Shown here: one piece after another, positions 29,910 to 38,633 of the stretch
How the letters are laid out: each line of letters starts with the position of its first letter
Position numbering within the stretch: position 1 is the first letter of the stretch
Assembly (NCBI GenBank): GCA_040772005.1
Contig: JAXGYZ010000003.1
Location: 130,131 to 194,130, forward strand
Direction of reading: 5' to 3'
DNA from: Anaerolineae bacterium
Lineage (GTDB): Bacteria; Chloroflexota; Anaerolineae; CG2-30-64-16
Length of the DNA: 64,000 bases
The notes under the pieces: generated by a model
Told to the model about the DNA's origin: nothing
Databases searched by the model: none
What the model saw: the letters and a program-made list of their open reading frames with translations, nothing else
Translations under genes and position numbers: made by a program

Positions 29910-31094
29910 ATGCCGAAATCAACCCCCGTCATCACCGACATCCGCGTTATGACCCTGCACCGGCCTGACATCCCGCCGTGGAACCTCGTGCGCGTGGACA
30001 CGAACCTGGGCGTGTGGGGCCTGGGCGAAGCGTACTGGGGCTGGGGCCTGCGCCCGGTCATCGACCACTACCTCAAGCCGCTGCTCGTCGGCCAGGACCC
30101 GCGCGACGTGGACCGGCTCTATACGAAGATGGGCCACCAGTGGGCGGGCGGCAACGCACTGAGCGGGCTGGTCGTGACGGCCATGAGCGGCATCGAGATT
30201 GCGCTGTGGGACCTGGCGGGTAAGCTCGCCGGGCTGCCGGTCTACCGGCTGCTGGGCGGGCAGTTTCGCGAGCGCGTGCGGCTGTATCGGACGGGGATGC
30301 CCGCAGATATCCTCGATGCCGATTCGGTGCAGGCATGGGCGGACGAAATCAAGGCGGAGGGCTGGACCGCGGTCAAGACGGTCGATGTGGAGAGCCTCGG
30401 CGCGCGGTATGACCCGGACTACCGGGAGGTCGGACACGAGCGCATGAGCCGCCACCTGACGACGCAGGACCTCGCGCGCACGGAGCGCGGCCTGCAGAAC
30501 CTGCGCCGCAGCCTCGGCGAGGACTTCGACATCGCGGTCCACTGCCACTGGGCGCTGGACCTGCCCGACGCCCTCACGCTGGCGCGGCGCATCGCGACGT
30601 ACCATCCCATCTGGCTGGAGGACCCGCTGCCACCGCAGTTCTCGCCCGCGTGGGTGGAACTGGCGCGCGCGTCCGAAGTGCCCATCCTGACGGGCGAGAA
30701 CCTCTACACCCGCCACGAGTTCCGGCCCTTCATCGAGGCGGGCGGGCTGCACATCGCGCACATCGACATCCCCAAGGCGGGCGGGCTGCTCGAATCCAAG
30801 CGCATCGCGGACCTGGCCGAGCTGCACTATATCCCGACCTGCGCACACAACGCGTCGAGCATCGTGGGCATCGTGGCGAGCGCACACGCGGCCATGACGA
30901 TGCGCGACTTCCGCATGATGGAGCGCGCCGGCTATGCCTGGCCGTGGTTCGAGGACCTGGTTGCGTGCGACGGCAAGCCGCTTGTGCGCGAGGGTTATCT
31001 AACCGTGCCGGATGCGCCGGGGCTGGGCCTGCGGCTGAACGCGGACGCAGTCATCCCGCTGCTCGCGGCGGGGGAGACGTGGTGGGGGGAGTGA
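29910..31094 (+). CDS. Enolase-superfamily (mandelate racemase/muconate lactonising enzyme family) sugar-acid dehydratase, D-mannonate/galactonate dehydratase-like
   Basis: 394 aa. The N-terminal capping domain and the TIM-barrel carry MR/MLE-like metal-ligand context (…DIALWDLAGK…; …DLP…; …LEDP…; …HIAHID…), similar to ManD-type dehydratases. Confidence 0.75.
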   Translation: MPKSTPVITDIRVMTLHRPDIPPWNLVRVDTNLGVWGLGEAYWGWGLRPVIDHYLKPLLVGQDPRDVDRLYTKMGHQWAGGNALSGLVVTAMSGIEIALWDLAGKLAGLPVYRLLGGQFRERVRLYRTGMPADILDADSVQAWADEIKAEGWTAVKTVDVESLGARYDPDYREVGHERMSRHLTTQDLARTERGLQNLRRSLGEDFDIAVHCHWALDLPDALTLARRIATYHPIWLEDPLPPQFSPAWVELARASEVPILTGENLYTRHEFRPFIEAGGLHIAHIDIPKAGGLLESKRIADLAELHYIPTCAHNASSIVGIVASAHAAMTMRDFRMMERAGYAWPWFEDLVACDGKPLVREGYLTVPDAPGLGLRLNADAVIPLLAAGETWWGE

Positions 31095-31099
31095 CGAGT

Positions 31100-31176
31100 C
31101 CTCACCCCCCGGCCCCCTCTCCTGGGCGAACGCGCCCAGGAGAGGGGGAGGCGGCTGCAGGCCGCAGGGGGTGAGG
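31100..31176. repeat. REP-like nested G/C-rich palindrome (CCTCACCCCCC-GGCCCCCTCTCCTGGGCG-N4-CGCCCAGGAGAGGGGGAG...GGGGGTGAGG) at a convergent gene junction
   Basis: 16-bp perfect inner stem, outer CCTCACCCCC/GGGGGTGAGG arms, and a small GCGGCTGCAGGCCGC palindrome. Second copy at 37292-37411. Confidence 0.6.
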
Positions 31177-31178
31177 TG

Positions 31179-31970
31179 TCAGCTCGACGCGCTGGCGTAC
31201 CGGCGCAGGCCGATGTGGAACAGCACGGATGCGGCAACGACCAGCAATGCAGCGACGGCGACGCTCGCCGCGAGCAGGCCGGGCGTGAGGTCGCCGGAGA
31301 GCGCCTGTGCGGGGACGGTGGTCATCAGCCCGACCGGCACGACCCAGGTGAGCACCATCCGTAGCCAGCCGGGGTAGATGCCGACGGGATAGCGCGCCAT
31401 TTGGAAGATGCCGTCGAACAGCCACGTGAACAGGAAGCCGGGACTCCAGAAGACGAGGCCGGCGAAGGCCAGCAGCACTGCGTAGAGCACCGCCATCCCG
31501 GCAGCCAGCGCAAGGGCGAACGCGGCCAGCCGCGCAGGTGTGACCGCCGCTGAGTTCTGCGCCAGCGCGACGGCCAGCACGCCGAGCGCCAGCACCAGGT
31601 CCGTCAGGCTGAAGAGCCGCCAGTTGCGCGTGGACGCGAGGAACTGCGTGTCGATGGGGCGCAGAATGGTGAAGTCCAGCCGGCCGCTCCACACTTCGCC
31701 GTCCATCCCGGCCAGCGCATCCAGGCTGGGGCTGATGAACAGGTTGCGCAGCGCAGTCAGCAGGAGGTACACCGCCAGCAGCGCGAGCATGGAGGCGAAG
31801 TCCCACCCGTTGACCGTTTCCACCTGCCCGAACAGCACGACAATGCCGAGCACGCCGACCACGAGGTTCTGCAAAGAGTAGAGCAGGCTGATGAAGAAGT
31901 TGGCGCGATAGGCCAGCTCCTGCTGGGCAGAAGCGCGAATGAAGTAACCGACGAGCCGCAGATAGCGCAC
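31179..31970 (-). CDS. ABC-2 family transporter permease
   Basis: ~263-aa, 6-TM protein. Start assigned to the GTG at 31968-31970, 1 nt after the stop of the upstream permease. Forms a module with the adjacent permease and ATPase. Confidence 0.6.
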   Translation of the reverse strand: MRYLRLVGYFIRASAQQELAYRANFFISLLYSLQNLVVGVLGIVVLFGQVETVNGWDFASMLALLAVYLLLTALRNLFISPSLDALAGMDGEVWSGRLDFTILRPIDTQFLASTRNWRLFSLTDLVLALGVLAVALAQNSAAVTPARLAAFALALAAGMAVLYAVLLAFAGLVFWSPGFLFTWLFDGIFQMARYPVGIYPGWLRMVLTWVVPVGLMTTVPAQALSGDLTPGLLAASVAVAALLVVAASVLFHIGLRRYASASS

Positions 31971-31971
31971 A

Positions 31972-32763
31972 TCACCCCCCAATCGCAGAGTAACGCTTGA
32001 CCCCCCGCGCCCAGATGACCCGCGCCAGGAGCAGCGCCAGGGCGAGCCACGCGACCTGGACCGCAAAGCCGAACGCGATGGCATCCGGCGCGAGCTGCCC
32101 TGTCACGATCTCGACCGGAAAGCCGACCATGTAGCGGAACGGCAGGTAGCGCGCCGCAACCTGTAGGGCAGGTGGGAGAAGCGGAACGGGCGCGACGACT
32201 CCCGCCAGTAGAAAAATAAGTGAGTCCTGTATCGCCAGCAGCGCGCTGGCCTGTGTGACCCAGAAGGCCAGCAGCGCGATCCAGAAGCCCCAGCAGAAGC
32301 GCAGCGCCCACGCCAGCACCAGCGCCAGCAAGGCCAGAGGCACTCCGCCGGGTCCCGGATGCAGCTCGGGTTGCAGCACGACCGCCAGCACCGCCGCAAC
32401 CGGCACCACAAAGGCCATATAGACCACCTTGCCCGCCAGCTCCGACGACAGCACATGGTAGAGCGCGGGCATGGGCCGCAGCAGCCAGGTCGTGATGCCG
32501 CCGGAACGAATAACGTCGCCCACCGTCCAGTTGGTCTGCGAGTAGGTCATCTGGTTGACCAGGATCAGCACGAGGTAATAGCCCACGAACCCGCTGCGCG
32601 TCAGCCCGCCCACCTCGCCGCTGCCCGCGGCCGTGGACCAGACGAACAGGTAGATGAGCGGCGGGATCATCCAGCCGAACGCCAGCAGGAAGAAGAAACT
32701 GCGGTATTGCAGCCACGAAGCCCACGTGCTGCGCACAAGTGCGAGTCCGCCCCGGTGATTCAT
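31972..32763 (-). CDS. ABC-2 family transporter permease
   Basis: 263-aa polytopic membrane protein. Its ATG at 32761-32763 is 1 nt after the ATPase stop (translational coupling). Confidence 0.65.
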   Translation of the reverse strand: MNHRGGLALVRSTWASWLQYRSFFFLLAFGWMIPPLIYLFVWSTAAGSGEVGGLTRSGFVGYYLVLILVNQMTYSQTNWTVGDVIRSGGITTWLLRPMPALYHVLSSELAGKVVYMAFVVPVAAVLAVVLQPELHPGPGGVPLALLALVLAWALRFCWGFWIALLAFWVTQASALLAIQDSLIFLLAGVVAPVPLLPPALQVAARYLPFRYMVGFPVEIVTGQLAPDAIAFGFAVQVAWLALALLLARVIWARGVKRYSAIGG

Positions 32764-32764
32764 A

Positions 32765-33763
32765 TCAGATCACCCCCTCCTGGTACACCTGGTCGATCAC
32801 GGCTTCCAGGGGCGGGTCCTCGACGGTCAGGTCGGTGACGGGCAGCGTCTGCAGCAGGTGCGCGGTGAGGCCCGGCGCTTCCGCCCGCCGCACCCGCAGC
32901 ACCAGTTGTCCGTTCTCGTGCTCCATGACCTCGGCGCCCGCGGGCAGCTCGGCCAGCAAACCGTCACTGTTGCGGCCCTGGTCGAGCGTCACGCGGACCA
33001 GCTTGAACGGGGCCAGCTTCAGGGCCATCTCGCTCAGCCCGCCGTCGTACAGCAGCTTGCCCTGGTGGATGACGATGACGCGCGGGCAGAGGGCCTCTAC
33101 ATCTGCCATGTAGTGGCTGGTGAGGATGACGGTGGCGCCGGAACGCCGGTTGTACTCCGCCACGAACCGGCGGAGCCGCGCCTGCATGGACACATCGAGT
33201 CCGAGCGTCGGCTCATCCAGGAACAGCACATCGGGCCGGTAGAGCAGCCCGGCCACCAGCTCGCACTTCATCCGCTCGCCCAGGGAGAAGTTGCGGACGG
33301 GCTTGGTGAGCAGCTCGCGCATTTCGAGCAGGGTGATCAGTTCGTCGAGCGTCTGCCGGTACTCTGCGGGCGGTACGGAGTAGATTTCGGCAATCACCCG
33401 GAAGGTGTCGAGCGGCGGGATGTCCCACAGCATCTGGCTTTTGTTGCCCAGGACCATGCTGATGCGGCGGAGGTAGTCCGGCTTGCGCTCCCAGGGCGTG
33501 AAGCCGGCGACGGTCGCCGTGCCCGCGGTCGGGTGCAGCAGGCCCGCCAGCATCTTGAGCGTAGTGGTTTTGCCTGCCCCGTTCGGCCCGATGAAGCCGA
33601 CCACCTCGCCCGGCCGGACGGTGAAGCTGATATCGCGGACAGCGTGGACGTCGAGGTGCTTGCGCCGGGCCAGGCTGCGCAGCGCGGCGCGCAGTCCTTC
33701 GTCCCGCTGCGGGACGCGGTACGTCTTGGTCAGGTTGGTGACGACGATGTGGGAGTCGGGCAT
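32765..33763 (-). CDS. ABC transporter ATP-binding protein (ABC-2/exporter type)
   Basis: Walker A GPNGAGKTT, Q-loop, signature LSGGERMKCEL, Walker B LFLDEPTLGLD. 332 aa with a C-terminal extension. Confidence 0.85.
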   Translation of the reverse strand: MPDSHIVVTNLTKTYRVPQRDEGLRAALRSLARRKHLDVHAVRDISFTVRPGEVVGFIGPNGAGKTTTLKMLAGLLHPTAGTATVAGFTPWERKPDYLRRISMVLGNKSQMLWDIPPLDTFRVIAEIYSVPPAEYRQTLDELITLLEMRELLTKPVRNFSLGERMKCELVAGLLYRPDVLFLDEPTLGLDVSMQARLRRFVAEYNRRSGATVILTSHYMADVEALCPRVIVIHQGKLLYDGGLSEMALKLAPFKLVRVTLDQGRNSDGLLAELPAGAEVMEHENGQLVLRVRRAEAPGLTAHLLQTLPVTDLTVEDPPLEAVIDQVYQEGVI

Positions 33764-33868
33764 GGTTCTCCTGTGCGGACGCGCAGAAGCCCGCCGGGCG
33801 GGCGAGACAGACAGCGGATGGGTGCCTGCCAGTCAATACGCAGCACAGGCGAGCAGGTTGCGGCCCGC

Positions 33869-33916
33869 AAAAAAACGGATAAACGGACGAGCAAGGTCGC
33901 CGATCCGTTTATCCGT
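33869..33916 (-). terminator. Rho-independent terminator of the META-domain lipoprotein gene
   Basis: On the minus strand a 13-bp perfect stem (ACGGATAAACGGA / TCCGTTTATCCGT) is followed by TTTTTTTGCGGG. Confidence 0.7.
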
Positions 33917-33948
33917 TTCTATGCACATCCGTTGCCGGTGGGTGCGAT

Positions 33949-35427
33949 CTACTGCGCGCCGATGAAGAGCATCACGCCTGCGCCATCCTGCAGGTTGATC
34001 AGCAGGTTGTCGCCGTCGAACTGGTAGGTCGCCGCACTGTTCAGCGCCTGGACGAACTGCGTCGAGAGCGAGCCGGGCGGGCACGCCGCGCGGGTCAGTA
34101 CACCGATGTTGAGCTTGAGGGCGCCATCGGTGGCGGTGTAGACGCCCCCGGCGCGGTTGCAGTCGGCCCGGCCGATCACGATGCCGTCGTCCATGAACGC
34201 GACGGTGTAGCGTTGCGGCGCGCCGACCTGCACGACCGAGCCATCGGCCAGGGTCGTTTCCTGCCACTGCCACACCTGGCCGAGCAGCGCCGCGTCCGTC
34301 GGCACGGTCACAGGTGCCGGCGCGATCGGCGGTTCTGCGGGTGTCTCGGCCGGTGCTTCAGCAACGGCTTCCGTTGCGACCGGCGCAGGCTCCGTCTCTG
34401 CGGCCGGCACAGCCTCGGCCGGCGGCTCAGCCTCCGGCTCCTCTGCGGGCGCAGCCTCGGCAGCCGTCCCCACCGCGGTCAGCACCGGGCTGCTGTCCGC
34501 CGCGGTCAGCAGCAGCCGGTCGTCTTCGATGGTATAGGCGGCGGTCTTCGCCAGCGCAGCCAGGAAGTCGGCCTCCTGGTCGAGGATGCCTTCCGGTTCC
34601 GTGCAGAACATCATCGTGGAGAAGAGCGAGTCGATGGTCAGCTTGGCGCCGTCGAGCGTGTAGGGCGCGCCGAAGCCGTTGCAGCCGGCCGTGCCGCCCA
34701 TGTGCCCATCGGCCCCGAAGGTCACGGTGATAGTCGTGCCTGCCATGACGGACACCAGGCCGTCTCGGCCATTGTTATATTCGATCACCTGCCACTCTGT
34801 GCCGGTCAACGCAGCACTGGTCTCGGCGGGTGCGGGAGCGGCCTCGGTCGGTGCTGGGGGCGCTTCAGCGATGAATGAGAGGATGACCGCACCCTCGGCG
34901 TTCAGGATGTCGAGCTTATTGCCGGTTGTACGCTGGCTCGCCGCCTGCGTCAGGGCGGCCAGGTAAGCATCCTCCTGCGCCATGAGCGCGTCTTCACACG
35001 CCATCGCAGTGCGCGCAGCAAGCGCGATCGTCAGGCTGTCGTCCGCCTGCGTGTAGGTCCCATTATAGAGATTGCAGGTGGCATTGCCCGTGACCTGCCC
35101 GCTGCTGAACTCGATGTTGGCGCGCGAGTCGGGGAGCACACTCACCATCTGGCCGGTCGCGTCAGGGTAAAGCGCCAGGATCCAGAACGTGCCCTCGAGG
35201 CTGCCCGCAGCCGGCGCGGCCGCCGGACTGCTGGCGGTGGGTTCGGCTTCAGGCGCGGCCGGGACGGGTGTCGCAGGTTCGGCGGTTGCCTGTGCGGGCA
35301 GCGCAGGCTCAATCGTGGGCGCCGACGGCGCGGGTGCGGGCGTCATCGGGGCCGCGATGCAGGCGGTCAGCACGGACGCCAGCAGGCAGAGTGTTGCAAG
35401 CCGCCGCAGATGTCCGGATTTCATCAC
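33949..35427 (-). CDS. Lipoprotein with three tandem META/HslJ-like (DUF306) domains
   Basis: Signal peptide and lipobox (LTAC), an Ala/Pro-rich linker, then three repeats each containing conserved Cys pairs and the 'GTAGCNGF...' / 'ADCNRAGG...' / 'GNATCNLYNG...' pattern typical of META domains. Confidence 0.6.
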   Translation of the reverse strand: MMKSGHLRRLATLCLLASVLTACIAAPMTPAPAPSAPTIEPALPAQATAEPATPVPAAPEAEPTASSPAAAPAAGSLEGTFWILALYPDATGQMVSVLPDSRANIEFSSGQVTGNATCNLYNGTYTQADDSLTIALAARTAMACEDALMAQEDAYLAALTQAASQRTTGNKLDILNAEGAVILSFIAEAPPAPTEAAPAPAETSAALTGTEWQVIEYNNGRDGLVSVMAGTTITVTFGADGHMGGTAGCNGFGAPYTLDGAKLTIDSLFSTMMFCTEPEGILDQEADFLAALAKTAAYTIEDDRLLLTAADSSPVLTAVGTAAEAAPAEEPEAEPPAEAVPAAETEPAPVATEAVAEAPAETPAEPPIAPAPVTVPTDAALLGQVWQWQETTLADGSVVQVGAPQRYTVAFMDDGIVIGRADCNRAGGVYTATDGALKLNIGVLTRAACPPGSLSTQFVQALNSAATYQFDGDNLLINLQDGAGVMLFIGAQ

Positions 35428-35522
35428 GGTGGTCCTCCTGAAAGTGTATTGCCGGTTCCGCGTCTAGCTCTTGTAAACCCAGGTCGGGTAGCCCCGGAGC
35501 CGGTCGGCGGGGCCGCGCCTGC

Positions 35523-35930
35523 TCAGTAGCTGATCTTGCGGTCGAGCTGCTTGGCCTGGTCGATCCAGTCGGCGACCTGGGCTTCGGTCGGCAGGCGGCG
35601 CACCTTGCGCTCCTCCTGGTTGACTTCCACCATCTTCGCATAGAGGTTGGCCGGGTTGCGCCGCGCGAGCTCGGGGACGGTGTCCACCCCGGCGGCTTCG
35701 AGCAGGTCGGAGTATTCCTCGCCGATGCCCCGGATGCGGAATAGGTCGACCAGATTGACCCAGCGCAGGATCAGGTCTCCGCTAATGCCGGTCTTCTCTG
35801 CCAGTGCGGCGCGCTCCTTGGGTGTCGCGCCCGCGGCCAGCAACGCATCCGTCGTCTTGAGGCCGGCCTCTGCCAGCTTGGCGGTGTAAACCTTACCGAT
35901 TCCTTCAACGCTCATCAGGCTTGCCATCAT
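35523..35930 (-). CDS. DUF4332-like helix-hairpin-helix domain protein
   Basis: 135 aa. Two HhH-like motifs (VEGIGKVYTAKLAEAGLKT; IRGIGEEYSDLLEAAGVDT). Confidence 0.5.
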   Translation of the reverse strand: MMASLMSVEGIGKVYTAKLAEAGLKTTDALLAAGATPKERAALAEKTGISGDLILRWVNLVDLFRIRGIGEEYSDLLEAAGVDTVPELARRNPANLYAKMVEVNQEERKVRRLPTEAQVADWIDQAKQLDRKISY

Positions 35931-36025
35931 GTGCCTCCTGTAGAAAGGGGTGAAACAATTAACGCATACCTCAAGCCTTATCCTAGCACATGAATGTTAC
36001 GCTGCCAATAACCGGCAATGGGTGA

Positions 36026-36198
36026 GGGCGCGTTTCATACTGGAGGCGAACGCGGCCAGCGCGCATACGCGAATGGCGCTGCGGCGCTGGGCACGGATAC
36101 ACGAATATCCCGCCGCGGCGCCCACGATTCGCGTATTCGTGGCGCGCCAGCGCATTCGTTTATCCGCGATGGCCGCGCCCCCAACGTGAAACGCACCC
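36026..36198. mobile_element. 173-bp MITE-like element, copy B, with 9-bp target-site duplication AATGGGTGA
   Basis: Near-identical to 10729-10901. Flanked by AATGGGTGA at 36017-36025 and 36199-36207. No transposase is encoded. Confidence 0.75.
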
Positions 36199-36233
36199 AA
36201 TGGGTGACGACTGACCAGGAATACCGACGTAGT

Positions 36234-36303
36234 GGAGTCGAGGCTTCAGCCGGTTTGGGAGTGTACGAGCGTTCACTGTGTAATCGGCTCAAGCCTCGAC
36301 TCC
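36234..36303. repeat. Long-hairpin repeat family 2 (GGAGTCGAGGCTTCAGCCGGTT ... ATCGGCTCAAGCCTCGACTCC), copy 1
   Basis: ~19-bp inverted arms with one mismatch and a ~30-nt loop. Related copies at 60474-60561 (complete) and 55767-55789 (left arm only). Confidence 0.6.
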
Positions 36304-36463
36304 AACCTGCGGCAAGACGGCTGCGCTTCGGATTCCTGGACGCTCAACTCGATGACTTGTCGCGACGGGGATGATGCGTTATCATCTACCGTGCCCGCCG
36401 TGGTGCAATCGAGATGTCACGGCGCGGTGTAATGCTGAATTTGCGCAGGATGGAGTCTTCCTC

Positions 36464-37291
36464 ATGAGCGAGTATCAGTATCACGAATGGCAGACGATTG
36501 ACCGGCCCTTGACTGTGGCAGAACAGGCCGAGGTCGAGGAGTTTTCCAGCCACATCGCTGTCACGGCGACACGGGCCTGGGTGGAATACCACTGGGGTGG
36601 CTTCAGGCACGACCCGCTTGAAGTGCTGGCGCGTTATTTCGATGCCTTCCTGTATTACGCCAACTGGGGCGACCAGCGTCTGGCCTTCCGTTTTCCTGCC
36701 GGACTGCTCCGCGAGGCCGAGTTGCAGCCCTACCTGCGGGAGTGCTGCGTCGAGTTGACGCGCATGGGGGAGTGCGTCGTGCTGCATATGGCCTTCCCTA
36801 ACCGCTCTGCGGAGGATATCTTTGCGCAGCGCGGCGACCTGGCCGCGCTCACGCCGCTGCGCGACGACATCCTGCGCGGGGACTACCGCTGCCTGTACCT
36901 GGCCTGGCTGCTTGCCGCGGAAGACTCGGAACACAGCGAACTCGAGCTGGAGCCGCCCGTCCCCGCGGGCCTCGGCGAGCTGTCGCCCGCACTGGTGGAG
37001 TTCTGCGACTTCTTCGTGCTGGATGAGGCGCTCGTGGCCGCGGCCGCGGAGACCAGCCCGCCCCTGCAGCCGACCGGCGGCTTTCCGCTGGAGGCGGCGC
37101 TTGCCCGGCTGCCGGCAGACGAGTGCAACGAGTTCCTGCTCCGTCTGGCCCAGGGCGAGCCGCACCTGTCGCTGGCCCTCAACCGGCGGCTGCAGCAACT
37201 GGTGGAGATGCCCCGGCAGACCAGCGCAGCTCCACAGCGCACCTGGCGCGAGCTGCGCGAGCGGGCCGGGGGGGGGTGGGAGGACGCTTGA
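36464..37291 (+). CDS. Hypothetical protein (no recognisable family), orphan gene flanked by three repeat families
   Basis: ORF 36371..37291 trimmed to ATG 36464 (MSEYQYHEWQTIDRPLT...), 276 aa, acidic, no TM. GGAG lies 8 nt upstream. Confidence 0.5.
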   Translation: MSEYQYHEWQTIDRPLTVAEQAEVEEFSSHIAVTATRAWVEYHWGGFRHDPLEVLARYFDAFLYYANWGDQRLAFRFPAGLLREAELQPYLRECCVELTRMGECVVLHMAFPNRSAEDIFAQRGDLAALTPLRDDILRGDYRCLYLAWLLAAEDSEHSELELEPPVPAGLGELSPALVEFCDFFVLDEALVAAAAETSPPLQPTGGFPLEAALARLPADECNEFLLRLAQGEPHLSLALNRRLQQLVEMPRQTSAAPQRTWRELRERAGGGWEDA

Positions 37292-37411
37292 CCTCACCCC
37301 CCAACCCCCTCTCCTGGGCGCATACGCCCAGGAGAGGGGGAGCCGATGACTTCAAACCTACCATCTCCCCCTCTCCTGAACGAGTTCAGGCGAGGGGGCC
37401 GGGGGGTGAGG
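37292..37411. repeat. REP-like nested G/C-rich palindrome, copy 2 (with an extra CCCCCTCTCCTGAACGAGTTCAGGCGAGGGGG hairpin)
   Basis: CCTCACCCCCCAACCCCCTCTCCTGGGCG-CATA-CGCCCAGGAGAGGGGGAG ... GGGGGGTGAGG. Sits between convergent genes (hypothetical + / ogl -). Confidence 0.6.
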
Positions 37412-37417
37412 TCCCGT

Positions 37418-38608
37418 CTACGGCCGCACCAGGTACAGGTTGATCCGCCCCCCGAAATCCGACGCATACAGAATACGCGAGCCGTCCCAGCTCCAGGTGG
37501 GATGGCAGTGCGCGCTCTGCGTGTGCCACGAGGTCCGGTGGTGGCACAGGACGACCGGACGGGTGGCGTCGCCCGTGATGTCGATCAGCACGAGGTCGTC
37601 CACGTCGTCGCCCACCAGGCAGGTGTGGTCGGGGTTGGCATGGTAGTGGTTGCAGTAGTAGGGCATGTCGATGCGCCGCACCACATTGCCGTTCCGGTCC
37701 GCCAGGCCGACGAACGGCGTCATCGCGTTCTCGTTGACCTGCACATCGGTGACGACGGCCTGCGTGCGGGCCGACGTGATGGTGCCGTCGTGGCCCGGCC
37801 CGCGGTTGTCGAAGAAGATGTAGCCGTCGTTCGTCCAGAACTCGTGTCCCACCGAGTCCTCCGCAGTCTGGCGGAAGCAGGGCTTGGCCTCGCGCGCTAC
37901 GAAGTCCAGCAGCCAGATGCGCTGGGTGACCAGGTTCCACGGGCCCTCGTGGCAGAACGTGCCGAGCGTGCTGTCATCGGGGCAGAACTGGAAATGGCCG
38001 ACCTGGTGCGTGTCCTTGAACACATCGTACCAGCCTGAGCCGTCCAGGTGCGCGACTGTCACCCGGCCGTCCTTCACCCGGTAGAACCGTTCCTCGAATC
38101 CCGTGTAATTCGGCCCATCCTGCACGTGCACATCTTCGTTGCGGCAGAACGCGATATAGCGGCGGTTGGCTGCGATGGATGGCGCGCCGATGGTGTAGTT
38201 GCCGCCGTCCTCGTAGAGGATCGTAGTCTCGCCCGTTTCCGTGTCCAGCTTCTTGAGCGTGTCCTTGCCGATGCGGTAGACCACGATGCGGCTGTCGGGC
38301 GTCTTGGTCACGCTGCTCACGCCGCTGCCGCGACCGTTCTCCTCCGCCGGCTCGTCGGTGAGTTGGGTCATCACGCCGGTGCGCAGGTCCATGCGGAACA
38401 GGTTGTAGCAGGGGTGCTCGTGCGGCGCGCGATCCTCGCCGGCGGCCCGGTCGGAAAGGAAGATGATCTCGTCGCGCTGCGCATCGAACGAGTTCTCGGT
38501 GAAATACAGGTGATAGTTGTTGCCCCTAGCGGTGAGCTGTTGGATCTCACGGCCGGTCTTGGGATCGTTGAATGTGCGGATTTCGGAAGGCCAGGTTCGA
38601 CCGATCAT
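37418..38608 (-). CDS. ogl: Oligogalacturonide lyase (Ogl, polysaccharide lyase family 22)
   Basis: 396 aa. The TolB-like beta-propeller carries PL22-conserved blocks (FCHEGPWNLV..RIWLLD, HEFW, ...SWHTQSAHCHPTWSWDGSRILYASD) that match enterobacterial Ogl. Confidence 0.8.
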   Translation of the reverse strand: MIGRTWPSEIRTFNDPKTGREIQQLTARGNNYHLYFTENSFDAQRDEIIFLSDRAAGEDRAPHEHPCYNLFRMDLRTGVMTQLTDEPAEENGRGSGVSSVTKTPDSRIVVYRIGKDTLKKLDTETGETTILYEDGGNYTIGAPSIAANRRYIAFCRNEDVHVQDGPNYTGFEERFYRVKDGRVTVAHLDGSGWYDVFKDTHQVGHFQFCPDDSTLGTFCHEGPWNLVTQRIWLLDFVAREAKPCFRQTAEDSVGHEFWTNDGYIFFDNRGPGHDGTITSARTQAVVTDVQVNENAMTPFVGLADRNGNVVRRIDMPYYCNHYHANPDHTCLVGDDVDDLVLIDITGDATRPVVLCHHRTSWHTQSAHCHPTWSWDGSRILYASDFGGRINLYLVRP

Positions 38609-38633
38609 CGATGATTACCTCGTGGCAATGTTG

